Shown: one piece after another, positions 33,526-42,262 of the stretch
Position numbering within the stretch: position 1 is the stretch's first letter
Layout of the letters: each line of letters opens with the position of its first letter
Assembly (NCBI GenBank): GCA_965223335.1
Contig: OZ244991.1
Location: 672,001-736,000, forward strand
Direction of reading: 5' to 3'
DNA length: 64,000 nt
From: Thermodesulfobacteriota bacterium
Lineage (GTDB): Bacteria; Desulfobacterota_D; UBA1144; Nemesobacterales; UBA2774
Program-made: the position numbers and the translations under genes
Notes under the pieces: generated by a model
What the model saw: the letters and a program-made list of their open reading frames with translations, nothing else
Told to the model about the DNA's origin: nothing
The model's database searches: none

Positions 33526-34210
33526 TTCTAAGTTTCCACGATTCTTTAAACATCCTTAATATAACATGTAAATTCGCGCCGGATTGCTCACCGAACTGGC
33601 GCGGGAAGTGCCTGACCCCAACCTCATGCAGTCTGTACCCGTTTCTCTTTAGCTTTATCAAGAACTCGGCGCTAAATAGTGCCCCGCCGGCTTTAATAGG
33701 TTTTATTACTTTGTACGCTGCATTAGGAAAGATCTTAAATGCACAGTCTATATCCCTCACACTGAGACCGAACATAACGTTTATATACTGCTGATACATC
33801 CATGCGTTTAGTAGCCTTATAAACGAGTCGGCCCTGTTTTCACGGTAGCCGATAACAACGTTTTTGCTGTCGATGTAGGGCTTCAGTCGATCGATGTCAG
33901 TAACATCAAACTGCCCGTCACTGTCCATAAAAAAAATGTAGTCGAGTCTGGCGGCATCAAACCCGCTTCGAAGTGCTGAGCCATACCCCTGATTAACCTC
34001 GTGGTTGACCAGCACTATGTTTTTATTCGATTGTATAAGCCCCTCGACCACGCTCTTTGTATTATCCCCCGAGCCGTCGTTTACAACAATCACCTCATAT
34101 TTGTCACAGCTCTTTTCCATGTACTCGACACAATCACCCACAGTCGTAGCGATGTTTTCTTCCTCGTTATGTGCCGGGAGAACAGTGGAAAGGCGTAGTT
34201 TGGTTTCCAT
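33506..34210 (-). CDS. GT2 polyprenol-phosphate-sugar synthase (DPM1-like)
   Basis: LPAHNEE, VNDGSGD, N.GYG.AL..GF, FMDSDGQFD, D.DCAFK. Soluble, no TM. Confidence 0.9.
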   Translation of the reverse strand: METKLRLSTVLPAHNEEENIATTVGDCVEYMEKSCDKYEVIVVNDGSGDNTKSVVEGLIQSNKNIVLVNHEVNQGYGSALRSGFDAARLDYIFFMDSDGQFDVTDIDRLKPYIDSKNVVIGYRENRADSFIRLLNAWMYQQYINVMFGLSVRDIDCAFKIFPNAAYKVIKPIKAGGALFSAEFLIKLKRNGYRLHEVGVRHFPRQFGEQSGANLHVILRMFKESWKLRNELRGE

Positions 34211-34246
34211 TTAACTAGTCGGCTTACCCAAAGTACAGGGTTTAGT

Positions 34247-35767
34247 CTATGTGGACGGTTTTATCTTACAACCGGTTTCCGATATTGTGTAATATTTTGA
34301 CTCCGCTGCAGAAACACCCTCGAATGAACACTCTTTTCCATTAGCGAGCTTAACCACAATATCGGCTTTTGTTTCATCTCCCAATCCGAAGTAAACGGGC
34401 AGCATATCCTGCTCACAACCTCCGCGCCCACCCGAGACCTCTCTTATCTGCAAACCCCCCTTCTTGGTAGTGAGCTCTACCCGCGCACCTATGGCGGATT
34501 TGTTCGTGTTCTTTCCGTCCCCCTCTATCTCTAGGGTGAGTGAGTTGTTTTTATTACCGTTGTTATGCATAAGACCATTACCTATATGACCGTTCAGAAA
34601 AGCGTCCAGGAACCCATCTCTGTCATAGTCCGCCCAAGTAGCTGAGAACACGTCTATGGGCTTGTCAATTCCCGCCTCGGTTGCAACATCCTGGAATTTC
34701 CCGTCCCCTTTATTCCAAAACAGCTTGTTGGGGTGTAAGTGGTTGGTGGTAAAAATATCGACCCTACCGTCCGCATCGTAATCTATCCACGCACAGGTCC
34801 TGCCGTCCCCTATATCAGTGGCTCCCGACTCCTCGGTAATATCCGTAAAAGTACCGTCCTTGTTGTTGCTATAGAGCACATTGCGCTTGGCCCTGCCAAT
34901 GTTTGTGACGTATAAGTCCATGTAGCCGTCACCGTTATAATCCCCTACACAACCCGATGTCGAGCGCCAAGTCTCGTCGCCGCTTAAGCCCGATTTTTCG
35001 GTTGCGTCAGTAAAAGTGCCGTCACCGTTATTTACAAAAAATTTGTTAGGCCCTCTCATGGCTATAAACAGATCGGGGCGGCCGTTGTTATTGTGGTCAA
35101 ACCACACTGCACCCTTTACATTGCCCGAGATGTTTAGACCCGCCTCTTCCGATGCAAAAGTAAAAGTGCCGTCGCCGTTGTTGCTGTAGAGGTAAGAGTT
35201 GCCGCGGCTGGCCTGGAATAGGTCAACATGACCGTCTGAGTTGTAATCGGCCCAGATTGCATGGCTCGCCGTGCCGCCCTCTTTGGTCACCCCTGCGTCC
35301 TCAGACACGTCCTCAAACGTAACACCGTCTCTGTTCTTAAATATTGCCGCCGGCAGCCCTGCCGACATCGTACCCACAGCAAGGTCAAGTGTGCCGTTAT
35401 TGTCATAGTCCGCCCAGGCACCGCTCCTAAACTTAATGTCCGATAACCCTGCAACTTCCCCTTCGTCTGTAAATTTAGTACCCTTATCGCTCTTGAACAA
35501 GAGCACCTTCGAGCGCTTGCCCTTGTTGCTCCTCCGCCTGTGATCAAATGCAAAATCTATGTTGGACAGTATCAGATCCTGCCAACCGTCGTTGTTATAG
35601 TCGCCCCACACCGCACTCTGCCCGATCTTGCCCAGGTTGTTCATACCCACATCGGCCTTGGCATCTGTAAACGTAGTAATATCTTCTGCTGATTCAACAG
35701 GTGAGACACTCGTCAATACTAATAACAATGGTAAAAACAAAAGTTTTGTGAAATGGGAGTTAATCAA
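34247..35767 (-). CDS. Secreted CRTAC1-family FG-GAP repeat / ASPIC-UnbV protein
   Basis: Signal peptide; repeated W.DY.NDG..DL and N.GDGTF.D motifs; C-terminal N.SAIGARV...YFGLG. Confidence 0.9.
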   Translation of the reverse strand: MINSHFTKLLFLPLLLVLTSVSPVESAEDITTFTDAKADVGMNNLGKIGQSAVWGDYNNDGWQDLILSNIDFAFDHRRRSNKGKRSKVLLFKSDKGTKFTDEGEVAGLSDIKFRSGAWADYDNNGTLDLAVGTMSAGLPAAIFKNRDGVTFEDVSEDAGVTKEGGTASHAIWADYNSDGHVDLFQASRGNSYLYSNNGDGTFTFASEEAGLNISGNVKGAVWFDHNNNGRPDLFIAMRGPNKFFVNNGDGTFTDATEKSGLSGDETWRSTSGCVGDYNGDGYMDLYVTNIGRAKRNVLYSNNKDGTFTDITEESGATDIGDGRTCAWIDYDADGRVDIFTTNHLHPNKLFWNKGDGKFQDVATEAGIDKPIDVFSATWADYDRDGFLDAFLNGHIGNGLMHNNGNKNNSLTLEIEGDGKNTNKSAIGARVELTTKKGGLQIREVSGGRGGCEQDMLPVYFGLGDETKADIVVKLANGKECSFEGVSAAESKYYTISETGCKIKPST

Positions 35768-35771
35768 GGTA

Positions 35772-37424
35772 TTAACCCTTTTTAAGACTCTCTATAAGTT
35801 TATCGCCAGCTCTTAGGCTAAGCGCTTCTATGGTTAGAGACGGGGCCTCTCCTCCACCTGATGTGGGGAACACACTTGCATCAGTTACCAGCAGGTTTGG
35901 TATATCGTGGCAACGAAGCGAACTGTTTACAAATGATGTTTCGGGATCATTACCCATGCGGCAGGTACCGAATACGTGTGTGGCCAAAAACAGGTCGTAA
36001 GCCGATATTTGCTCGACAAAATCCTTTGCTCCTGTGGCCTCGAGAATCTCTTTACATTTCTTAGCCATAAACTGCAGACTCTTTAGCTCAGCATCACCCA
36101 GGTATGATTGGATCTTGGCTACCGGGAACCCAAACCTGTCTTTCATTTTGTCGTCCACGGTAACAAACGATTTCTCATTCGGTAAGAACTCTGCCAGCCC
36201 GCCCATGGATATTGCATGACCGAACCACTTCTCTACGCCCTTTACTAGATCCTCTCCCCAGCCCTCTATAAACCGCTGGGCATAGCTCACAGGCCCGCTA
36301 GCACCACCGCTGGTGGTATAGAGTCTAAGACCCCCGGCGAACCCAAGCTTTTTGGGGTCGGGTTTGTTCCATTTCCAGACTATACCGTCAATGGGTATAC
36401 CCCTGTACCGGTCGAGCCTATCGGGGTGAAACGCCGTAATATCATAAAACACGGTCTCCATAAAGTTTTTACCTACAATACCGTTACCTGTGATTTCAGA
36501 GTTGAGCAGAAGCCTTGGGGTCTGGACTGCACCGCACGCAAGCGCAATGTAATCGGCCTCTACAAAGTTCTTTTTGCCGTCTTTATCGTAGTACTCGACA
36601 CCTTTGACACTTTTACCCTTAGCCGTTTTTTCGACTTCAAGCCGTGTGACAAAAGCCTCGGTTACAAACTCGCATTTCCCCGTGTCCTCAGCTAACGGAA
36701 CAAACGTAACATCAACACTGCCCTTATCCCTTCTGGGACAGCCGTACACACACCCGTTGCAATAGTTGCAAGACGGTGTGTCCCTGTAGAGCTCGGATAG
36801 TATTGCTACGGGGTTATGATCCAGCTCTATATCCATAGTACTGCATGCTTTTTTTATCTTTTCGGATGCGTAAGTGAACTTGTGGGGTTTAAGTGGGAAT
36901 GGAGAACTGCGCGGTCTAAAAGGCACGGATTTAGGCCCGGCGACTCCTATTATTTTTTCCGCCTCGGCATAATAGGGCTCCAGGTCTTTATATGTAATGG
37001 GCCAATCCACCGCCACACCATAGAGGCTTTTCATCTTAAACGCATCTTCGCTAAGGCGGTGTGCCTCGCCCTGGAAGTGAAGTGTTGTCCCACCCACTCC
37101 CAGTACCTGCTGATAACTCAGATACCTTCTTTGGTCTTTACGGTTTAGATCTCCGTTGGACTTGTTCCAGGATTTAAGCGATTCGTACTTGGGGTCCAGT
37201 TCCTGCTCGTCCCCGAAAGCATTCTGCATTCTTGTTTTGTACGGAAAGCCCTTTATCTCCCAGTCGTCTTTATCCAGGGGATAATCTTTTAGGGGATCAT
37301 AGCGTACCCCGGCCTCTAGAATTAACACATCCATACCGCTTGATGCGAGTTTCCAAGCCAGTGGTGATCCGCCCGGTCCCGAGCCCACTATGATGCAATC
37401 GTATCTCTTCTGGTTTTTCGGCAT
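35772..37424 (-). CDS. GMC-family FAD oxidoreductase
   Basis: GSGPGG, VGGTT, WPI.Y.DLEPYY.EAE, CxxCxxCxxxC-like cluster motif (CNYCNGCVYGC), H.FGTCRMG, DASVFPT...PSLTI.ALSLR. Confidence 0.92.
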   Translation of the reverse strand: MPKNQKRYDCIIVGSGPGGSPLAWKLASSGMDVLILEAGVRYDPLKDYPLDKDDWEIKGFPYKTRMQNAFGDEQELDPKYESLKSWNKSNGDLNRKDQRRYLSYQQVLGVGGTTLHFQGEAHRLSEDAFKMKSLYGVAVDWPITYKDLEPYYAEAEKIIGVAGPKSVPFRPRSSPFPLKPHKFTYASEKIKKACSTMDIELDHNPVAILSELYRDTPSCNYCNGCVYGCPRRDKGSVDVTFVPLAEDTGKCEFVTEAFVTRLEVEKTAKGKSVKGVEYYDKDGKKNFVEADYIALACGAVQTPRLLLNSEITGNGIVGKNFMETVFYDITAFHPDRLDRYRGIPIDGIVWKWNKPDPKKLGFAGGLRLYTTSGGASGPVSYAQRFIEGWGEDLVKGVEKWFGHAISMGGLAEFLPNEKSFVTVDDKMKDRFGFPVAKIQSYLGDAELKSLQFMAKKCKEILEATGAKDFVEQISAYDLFLATHVFGTCRMGNDPETSFVNSSLRCHDIPNLLVTDASVFPTSGGGEAPSLTIEALSLRAGDKLIESLKKG

Positions 37425-37525
37425 AAAGTTAAAATGTACACTATAAATAACCTATTGCATTATGTCAATTTATAAGTTATACATTTGCACGACACACAGA
37501 GAAACGGGTATTTTGGAGGGACTGA

Positions 37526-38359
37526 ATGAAAATTTTTCTGCCATTTTTATTACTTATTCCACTATTTATCTTCGGCTGTAAACAAACCGACACACCTGCG
37601 GAATCACCTAAGGAAGAATCTGCGGAAAACACTGAAAACACTACAAAAACCTCTAACGAAAACGCCAAAAAAGCAGCCCGCGGCACTGTACTAGCACGTG
37701 TAAACGGCGAGCCTATCTATAGCTCTGACCTGGGAGGAAGACCGCTTCAATACGCAATTAACGAAGAGATTCTGTATCAGGACGGCCTCAGAAGGGGCAT
37801 AGATAAAGAGCACGAAGATATGGTCAGGTCCTATAAGAGGAACCTGGTAATCCAGGCTGTCAAAAGAGACATACTGGACAACGCTCCCCCCTCAAAAGAG
37901 GTGTCCGATGAAGACATTGAGAACTACTACAATACAAACATCGATAAATACACATACCTTAGAGTAGAAGAGATAACGTTCCCCGAACAGGCACTGGGCG
38001 AGAAAATTATTGAGCGTGCCAGTAAAGGGGAGCCCCTGGACAAGATAGCCGCCGACCTTGCGGGATCGGGTGTTGCTGTAAACGACCTCGGATTCGATAA
38101 AAGACACTCGCACCTTTTCCCAAACAAAGAAACGGGGCAGTTAACCAAGGTCATTAGAAAACCCGACGGCAACTACTCGGTACTTAAAATACTTGAGGCA
38201 AGGCAAATGCCTATGCAAAACGCCAAACGCAGCATACAGCGGGCACTAGAGGCCCAAAAACGCGGGGACTCGTTCCAGACCTATGTGGATAAACTAATAG
38301 AAGAAAACAGTGTAGAGATAGAGATGGCTAAAGGAAATCAGCCTGCCGGTGCTAAATAG
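37526..38359 (+). CDS. Lipoprotein, SurA/PrsA-like parvulin-type chaperone (degenerate)
   Basis: Lipobox IFGC; VLARVNGEPI, VSDEDIENYY, DLG.....G pattern of PPIase/SurA-like proteins. Confidence 0.7.
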   Translation: MKIFLPFLLLIPLFIFGCKQTDTPAESPKEESAENTENTTKTSNENAKKAARGTVLARVNGEPIYSSDLGGRPLQYAINEEILYQDGLRRGIDKEHEDMVRSYKRNLVIQAVKRDILDNAPPSKEVSDEDIENYYNTNIDKYTYLRVEEITFPEQALGEKIIERASKGEPLDKIAADLAGSGVAVNDLGFDKRHSHLFPNKETGQLTKVIRKPDGNYSVLKILEARQMPMQNAKRSIQRALEAQKRGDSFQTYVDKLIEENSVEIEMAKGNQPAGAK

Positions 38360-38899
38360 ATGGATAAATCCAGAAGAAACTTCCTAAAAACATTCTCACT
38401 AGGGGTTATCGGGGCCGAGGCCGCACTTAACCTTTCGCAACATGCCTATGCACAGTCCGAGGATCTAGCGGACGGCATAGAGGTCTATAAAGGCTATGTA
38501 GTGTTCAATAAACCGACCCAGCAAAACATGGTAGCCCTGGCAGAAGCTCTGGTACCGGGTTCAACCAAAATAGGCATACAAAAACACATCATGGGGATAG
38601 TATCCAAGGACCATGGACTAGCCAGTTTCCTTGATGCGGGGCTTTGGAACATAGAGGCGCTAGCGAGGCATAAATACAAAAAACCTTTTTACGAGCTAAC
38701 CAAGACCGAAGACAAAAACGCCATCATCAAACACATAAGTTACAGGAACAGGTCATTTTTCAAGAACTTCAAAACAATTGTGGTCAAATTTTACTATACT
38801 CAACCCGATGTATGGAAACAGATCTCCTATACAGGCCCTCCTCAACCCGTTGGCTACATGAACTACACCGAGCCACCCAAAGCAGCTAAGAAAGGCTGA
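38360..38899 (+). CDS. Tat-exported gluconate 2-dehydrogenase subunit 3-like protein
   Basis: Tat motif SRRNFLK; AEALVPG, F.EL, YYT.P..W..I.Y.GP pattern. Lies next to a GMC oxidoreductase. Confidence 0.75.
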   Translation: MDKSRRNFLKTFSLGVIGAEAALNLSQHAYAQSEDLADGIEVYKGYVVFNKPTQQNMVALAEALVPGSTKIGIQKHIMGIVSKDHGLASFLDAGLWNIEALARHKYKKPFYELTKTEDKNAIIKHISYRNRSFFKNFKTIVVKFYYTQPDVWKQISYTGPPQPVGYMNYTEPPKAAKKG

Positions 38900-40018
38900 T
38901 CACATGCCATACTTTGTAATCACCGACATTGTCTCTTTCACAAGCCCCTCTATATCCATTTTGCGCTCGAACTCGTTTACAATTCTTTGGTTTGTTTTAG
39001 TTTTGGGATGGGATGATACTATGGAACAGCAGTCTTTATAAGGGGCTATGGAGACTTCGTAACTCCCTATAATTTTTGCCAAATCTACTATCTCCTGCTT
39101 GTCATACGAGATCAAAGGCTGGAGCAATGGAATCGATACCGCTTCCTTCACCGCACTTATATTAGATAGCGTCTGTGATGCCACCTGCCCCAAACTGTCA
39201 CCCGTCACAAGTGCCTCGGCTTTTATGTTTTTAGCCAGCCTCTCTGCCACTCTAACCATGTATCTGCGAAATAGTATGAGTTCATAGCCCTTTACATCGC
39301 CCATCTTGAGCATACTCATCTCAAATAAATAATAAGGCACCAAATATAAGTTGGAGCTATGCTGATATAGATTGATTTTTTGTGTAATGTCCTTGATCTT
39401 CTCATTTATAGCTACCTCATTATCACTGAATACGTGGAAATGGATAAAGTCCACAGTGCAACCGCGCTTTAGCATCAGGTACGATGCCACCGGGGAATCT
39501 ATGCCGCCCGATAAAAGGCAGAGCACTCTGCCGCTTACCCCGACAGGAAAGCCCCCAAGCCCCTTAAAACGCTCAAAATATATGTAGACCTCTTCCGCTA
39601 TCTCTACATTGATCTCTAGATCCGGCTGTTTTAGATCCACATCGTGTCCATACTCATTTTTCACCGCATTACCGATCTCACACGCCGCGTCGACCGAATT
39701 CACTGGAAAGTCTTTATCGGCCCTCTTTACATATACACCAAATGTTTTGACCGAGTCTAATTTTGGGCCGGTCTCTCTAAGAACTACACTTTTTATAACA
39801 TCCAAAGACTTCTCGGTCTTAAGAGCTCGAGCATACCAAGAGATACCAAATACACTGTCCAACCGCTCCCACTCACCCCCGTCTAGCACCAATCTACCAC
39901 GGTACTTCTTCACAGACCCACCGGTAGCTTTCTGGATATTATCTATAAGCTTCCCCTCAAACAGACTCCTGTTTCTGCCCTTAAGCGATAGTTCTCCATA
40001 GTGAATTAGAGTGAGCAT
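38900..40018 (-). CDS. thiI: tRNA 4-thiouridine synthase ThiI (no rhodanese domain)
   Basis: YGELSLKG.NR, THUMP domain, GG.PVG, LLSGGIDSPVA, TGDSLGQVASQTL, DCC. Confidence 0.95.
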   Translation of the reverse strand: MLTLIHYGELSLKGRNRSLFEGKLIDNIQKATGGSVKKYRGRLVLDGGEWERLDSVFGISWYARALKTEKSLDVIKSVVLRETGPKLDSVKTFGVYVKRADKDFPVNSVDAACEIGNAVKNEYGHDVDLKQPDLEINVEIAEEVYIYFERFKGLGGFPVGVSGRVLCLLSGGIDSPVASYLMLKRGCTVDFIHFHVFSDNEVAINEKIKDITQKINLYQHSSNLYLVPYYLFEMSMLKMGDVKGYELILFRRYMVRVAERLAKNIKAEALVTGDSLGQVASQTLSNISAVKEAVSIPLLQPLISYDKQEIVDLAKIIGSYEVSIAPYKDCCSIVSSHPKTKTNQRIVNEFERKMDIEGLVKETMSVITKYGM

Positions 40019-40072
40019 ATCTCTCTCATCAGATAGAAATTATTCAATAATTATATCCAGTTAAAGCATAAT

Positions 40073-40116
40073 AAAAAAGGCCGAGCAAGTAATCTCTACT
40101 CACCCGGCCTTCTTTT
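40073..40116 (-). terminator. Intrinsic terminator, copy 1 (after B1)
   Basis: GGCCG...CGGCC stem with an A-tract on the left (U-tract on the minus strand). Sequence is repeated after every B gene. Confidence 0.8.
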
Positions 40117-40262
40117 AAATCTCTTTATTTAAGAGCAGAGTAGACAATTACTTACCTACCTTGCTCATGTTTTATTTATTACTCGGTCTTAGACCGCTGT
40201 CCCACGACCCCATTTTGTTCCTGCCTGTCGGTCGTGATAATGCTACTCCCTTGCGGTCCCCA

Positions 40263-42209
40263 TTACTTCTTTTTCCTGCGCAGTGCACGTACCCCGAATA
40301 CAAACGCTACTGGTACCAGAGGGATAAGTACGTTCGCAAGTCCGCTCCCTAGCTCTACCGGGCTAGCTGCTATAGCACAACTACCGCTGCTCTTCTTGCT
40401 AGGCGGATTCGTTGGCGGCAGTGTAGGCCCTAGTGTAGGTGGTGTGGTCGGAGGCAGTGTGGGTCCAAGTGTCGGGATAATTATGAAATCCTCGCTGGCC
40501 ACTATAGCCTCGTCTATACCAAGCCTTGCGAAACACACTGTTGTGTCACCACAACTTGTGAAGGTCTCGAGCTCATCCCATATACCCACTGCAAGGTCTG
40601 TAGCAGCTGCGAGTGCACGGTATGGGGGACCGTAGTCGTCTATAAAGGAGATAACCACAGCATCACCACCTGCCGAGCCGGTCTGTACATTAAACTGACC
40701 GGATAGGATTGTGGGGTCTACGACGTCCAGGAACGAGGTAATTCCATCAAGCACACCCGTGCATACAATTGGTTCTATGAACTGGAAGTTGTCTACCAAT
40801 GCACCGCTGTCTCTATTTCCCCCGGCTGCGTCCTGGAGAGAAACCACCTGTAATGCATAGGTGCCGGGGCCAGGCACATTTATGGTATCTCCGTTAAAAC
40901 TCGAACGCCCGGCGGTGAACGTAAACGGTGTGATTGTATATACCGTATCATCAGTAGGTATTGCCTGACACGGTACCGTAGCGCCACTGGTTAAGTTGAG
41001 TGATAGTGGGCCTACCGTAATGGCAGGATCAAAATAGCACTGACCCCCTATGATAGCGGGCGTAGTTGTTTCAATTAAGAGCACCGCAACTGCCGTCTGA
41101 CAGATTATTATTTGGTCCGGCGACGACAAGAGTGCATAGTCATAGGTGATCGGACCGGCTTGAGTCGTTGTAAAGTTGACTGACTGTAATATGGTTGTGT
41201 TAATCTGTGGACCTACATTGTTTACTAGTGTTGGAGTTGCCAATGCTCCGAATGTACCACCGCTATAGCTCCCTGTGGGGAAGTCTCCGCTCGATGCTAC
41301 ATATGCCATAAAATCGTTGGGTGGATCGGGAGGTGAAGCGGGTGGTGCAGCTACATTGGGGGATATCCCTGTGGGGTCTATGACATTGGCTACAGCTGAT
41401 GAGTTTGACTGCGACCTGAACCATGCTGGGGATCCGGTTGAGGGTGGGGGTAGTGGTATAAAAAATTCCCCAGTCTGGAAGCTGCCGTTGGCTATTACGT
41501 TAAATTCACCGTTCTCGTCACAAAACGCCTGACGGGCATACATGTTTACTCCATATGAGTAATCATTGGGGTCCACAATCACAGTCTGACCCGTTAGGTA
41601 GTCGTGTTCAAATGCGTTATCGGGATTAGGACACCCGTCCACTGCTGTTACCAGGAATATACCCTCTTTACCCTGTAGGTTATCGTCGGGGATTGCCGCC
41701 CCCAGGTTGTTAACCAGGTTTCCTAGGTCGTATACGTGCGAGTCCCCAGGGGTGTATTGGTCACAAAAGTTTCTGATCTCTACACAGTTTTCGTCCAATA
41801 TACGTACATGGACGCTGATCGGGGTAAACACGTTTGAGTTCGTTACCTGCACAGAGGTATTACGCCCGTTGGCCTGTGTCCACCAGGTCACAAGCTGTGA
41901 GCCGCTGTCTGTGGTAGGTGTGGGGTTGGCCCCAAAGAAAAAGAAGAAGCCAAAATCAAAAAAGTCGTTGTTATGCATCCAGTCGAGTCCACCCACGGCA
42001 GCACCGCCGAAGTTCTCTACAGTGCCTACAAGGCCAGCGGTAAAGTCGGCCTGTGCGGGGTTAGGGACCTGGATCTCTACCCAGCCCACCTCGTTGGGTA
42101 CAGAGGGGCAGAGTAGGTTGTCTGTGCCGATCTGTGCCTGGGCTTGGGGCATAAAAACCAAACCCACCAGGACCAGCAACATTATAGTTGTGAATGATTT
42201 CTTAATCAT
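40263..42209 (-). CDS. Surface protein B1: signal peptide, variable inserted domain, Pro/Thr linker, Cys-TM-basic sorting signal
   Basis: N-terminal signal (..AQA), RBS AAGGAGG, C-terminus PTLGPTLPPTTPP...SSGSCAIAASPVELGSGLANVLIPLVPVAFVFGVRALRRKKK. Three paralogs in the window. Confidence 0.9.
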   Translation of the reverse strand: MIKKSFTTIMLLVLVGLVFMPQAQAQIGTDNLLCPSVPNEVGWVEIQVPNPAQADFTAGLVGTVENFGGAAVGGLDWMHNNDFFDFGFFFFFGANPTPTTDSGSQLVTWWTQANGRNTSVQVTNSNVFTPISVHVRILDENCVEIRNFCDQYTPGDSHVYDLGNLVNNLGAAIPDDNLQGKEGIFLVTAVDGCPNPDNAFEHDYLTGQTVIVDPNDYSYGVNMYARQAFCDENGEFNVIANGSFQTGEFFIPLPPPSTGSPAWFRSQSNSSAVANVIDPTGISPNVAAPPASPPDPPNDFMAYVASSGDFPTGSYSGGTFGALATPTLVNNVGPQINTTILQSVNFTTTQAGPITYDYALLSSPDQIIICQTAVAVLLIETTTPAIIGGQCYFDPAITVGPLSLNLTSGATVPCQAIPTDDTVYTITPFTFTAGRSSFNGDTINVPGPGTYALQVVSLQDAAGGNRDSGALVDNFQFIEPIVCTGVLDGITSFLDVVDPTILSGQFNVQTGSAGGDAVVISFIDDYGPPYRALAAATDLAVGIWDELETFTSCGDTTVCFARLGIDEAIVASEDFIIIPTLGPTLPPTTPPTLGPTLPPTNPPSKKSSGSCAIAASPVELGSGLANVLIPLVPVAFVFGVRALRRKKK

Positions 42210-42262
42210 TTAACTATCCTCCTTGGGATCGTTTGTGTCTTTTCTCAAACAGATACATAGTT

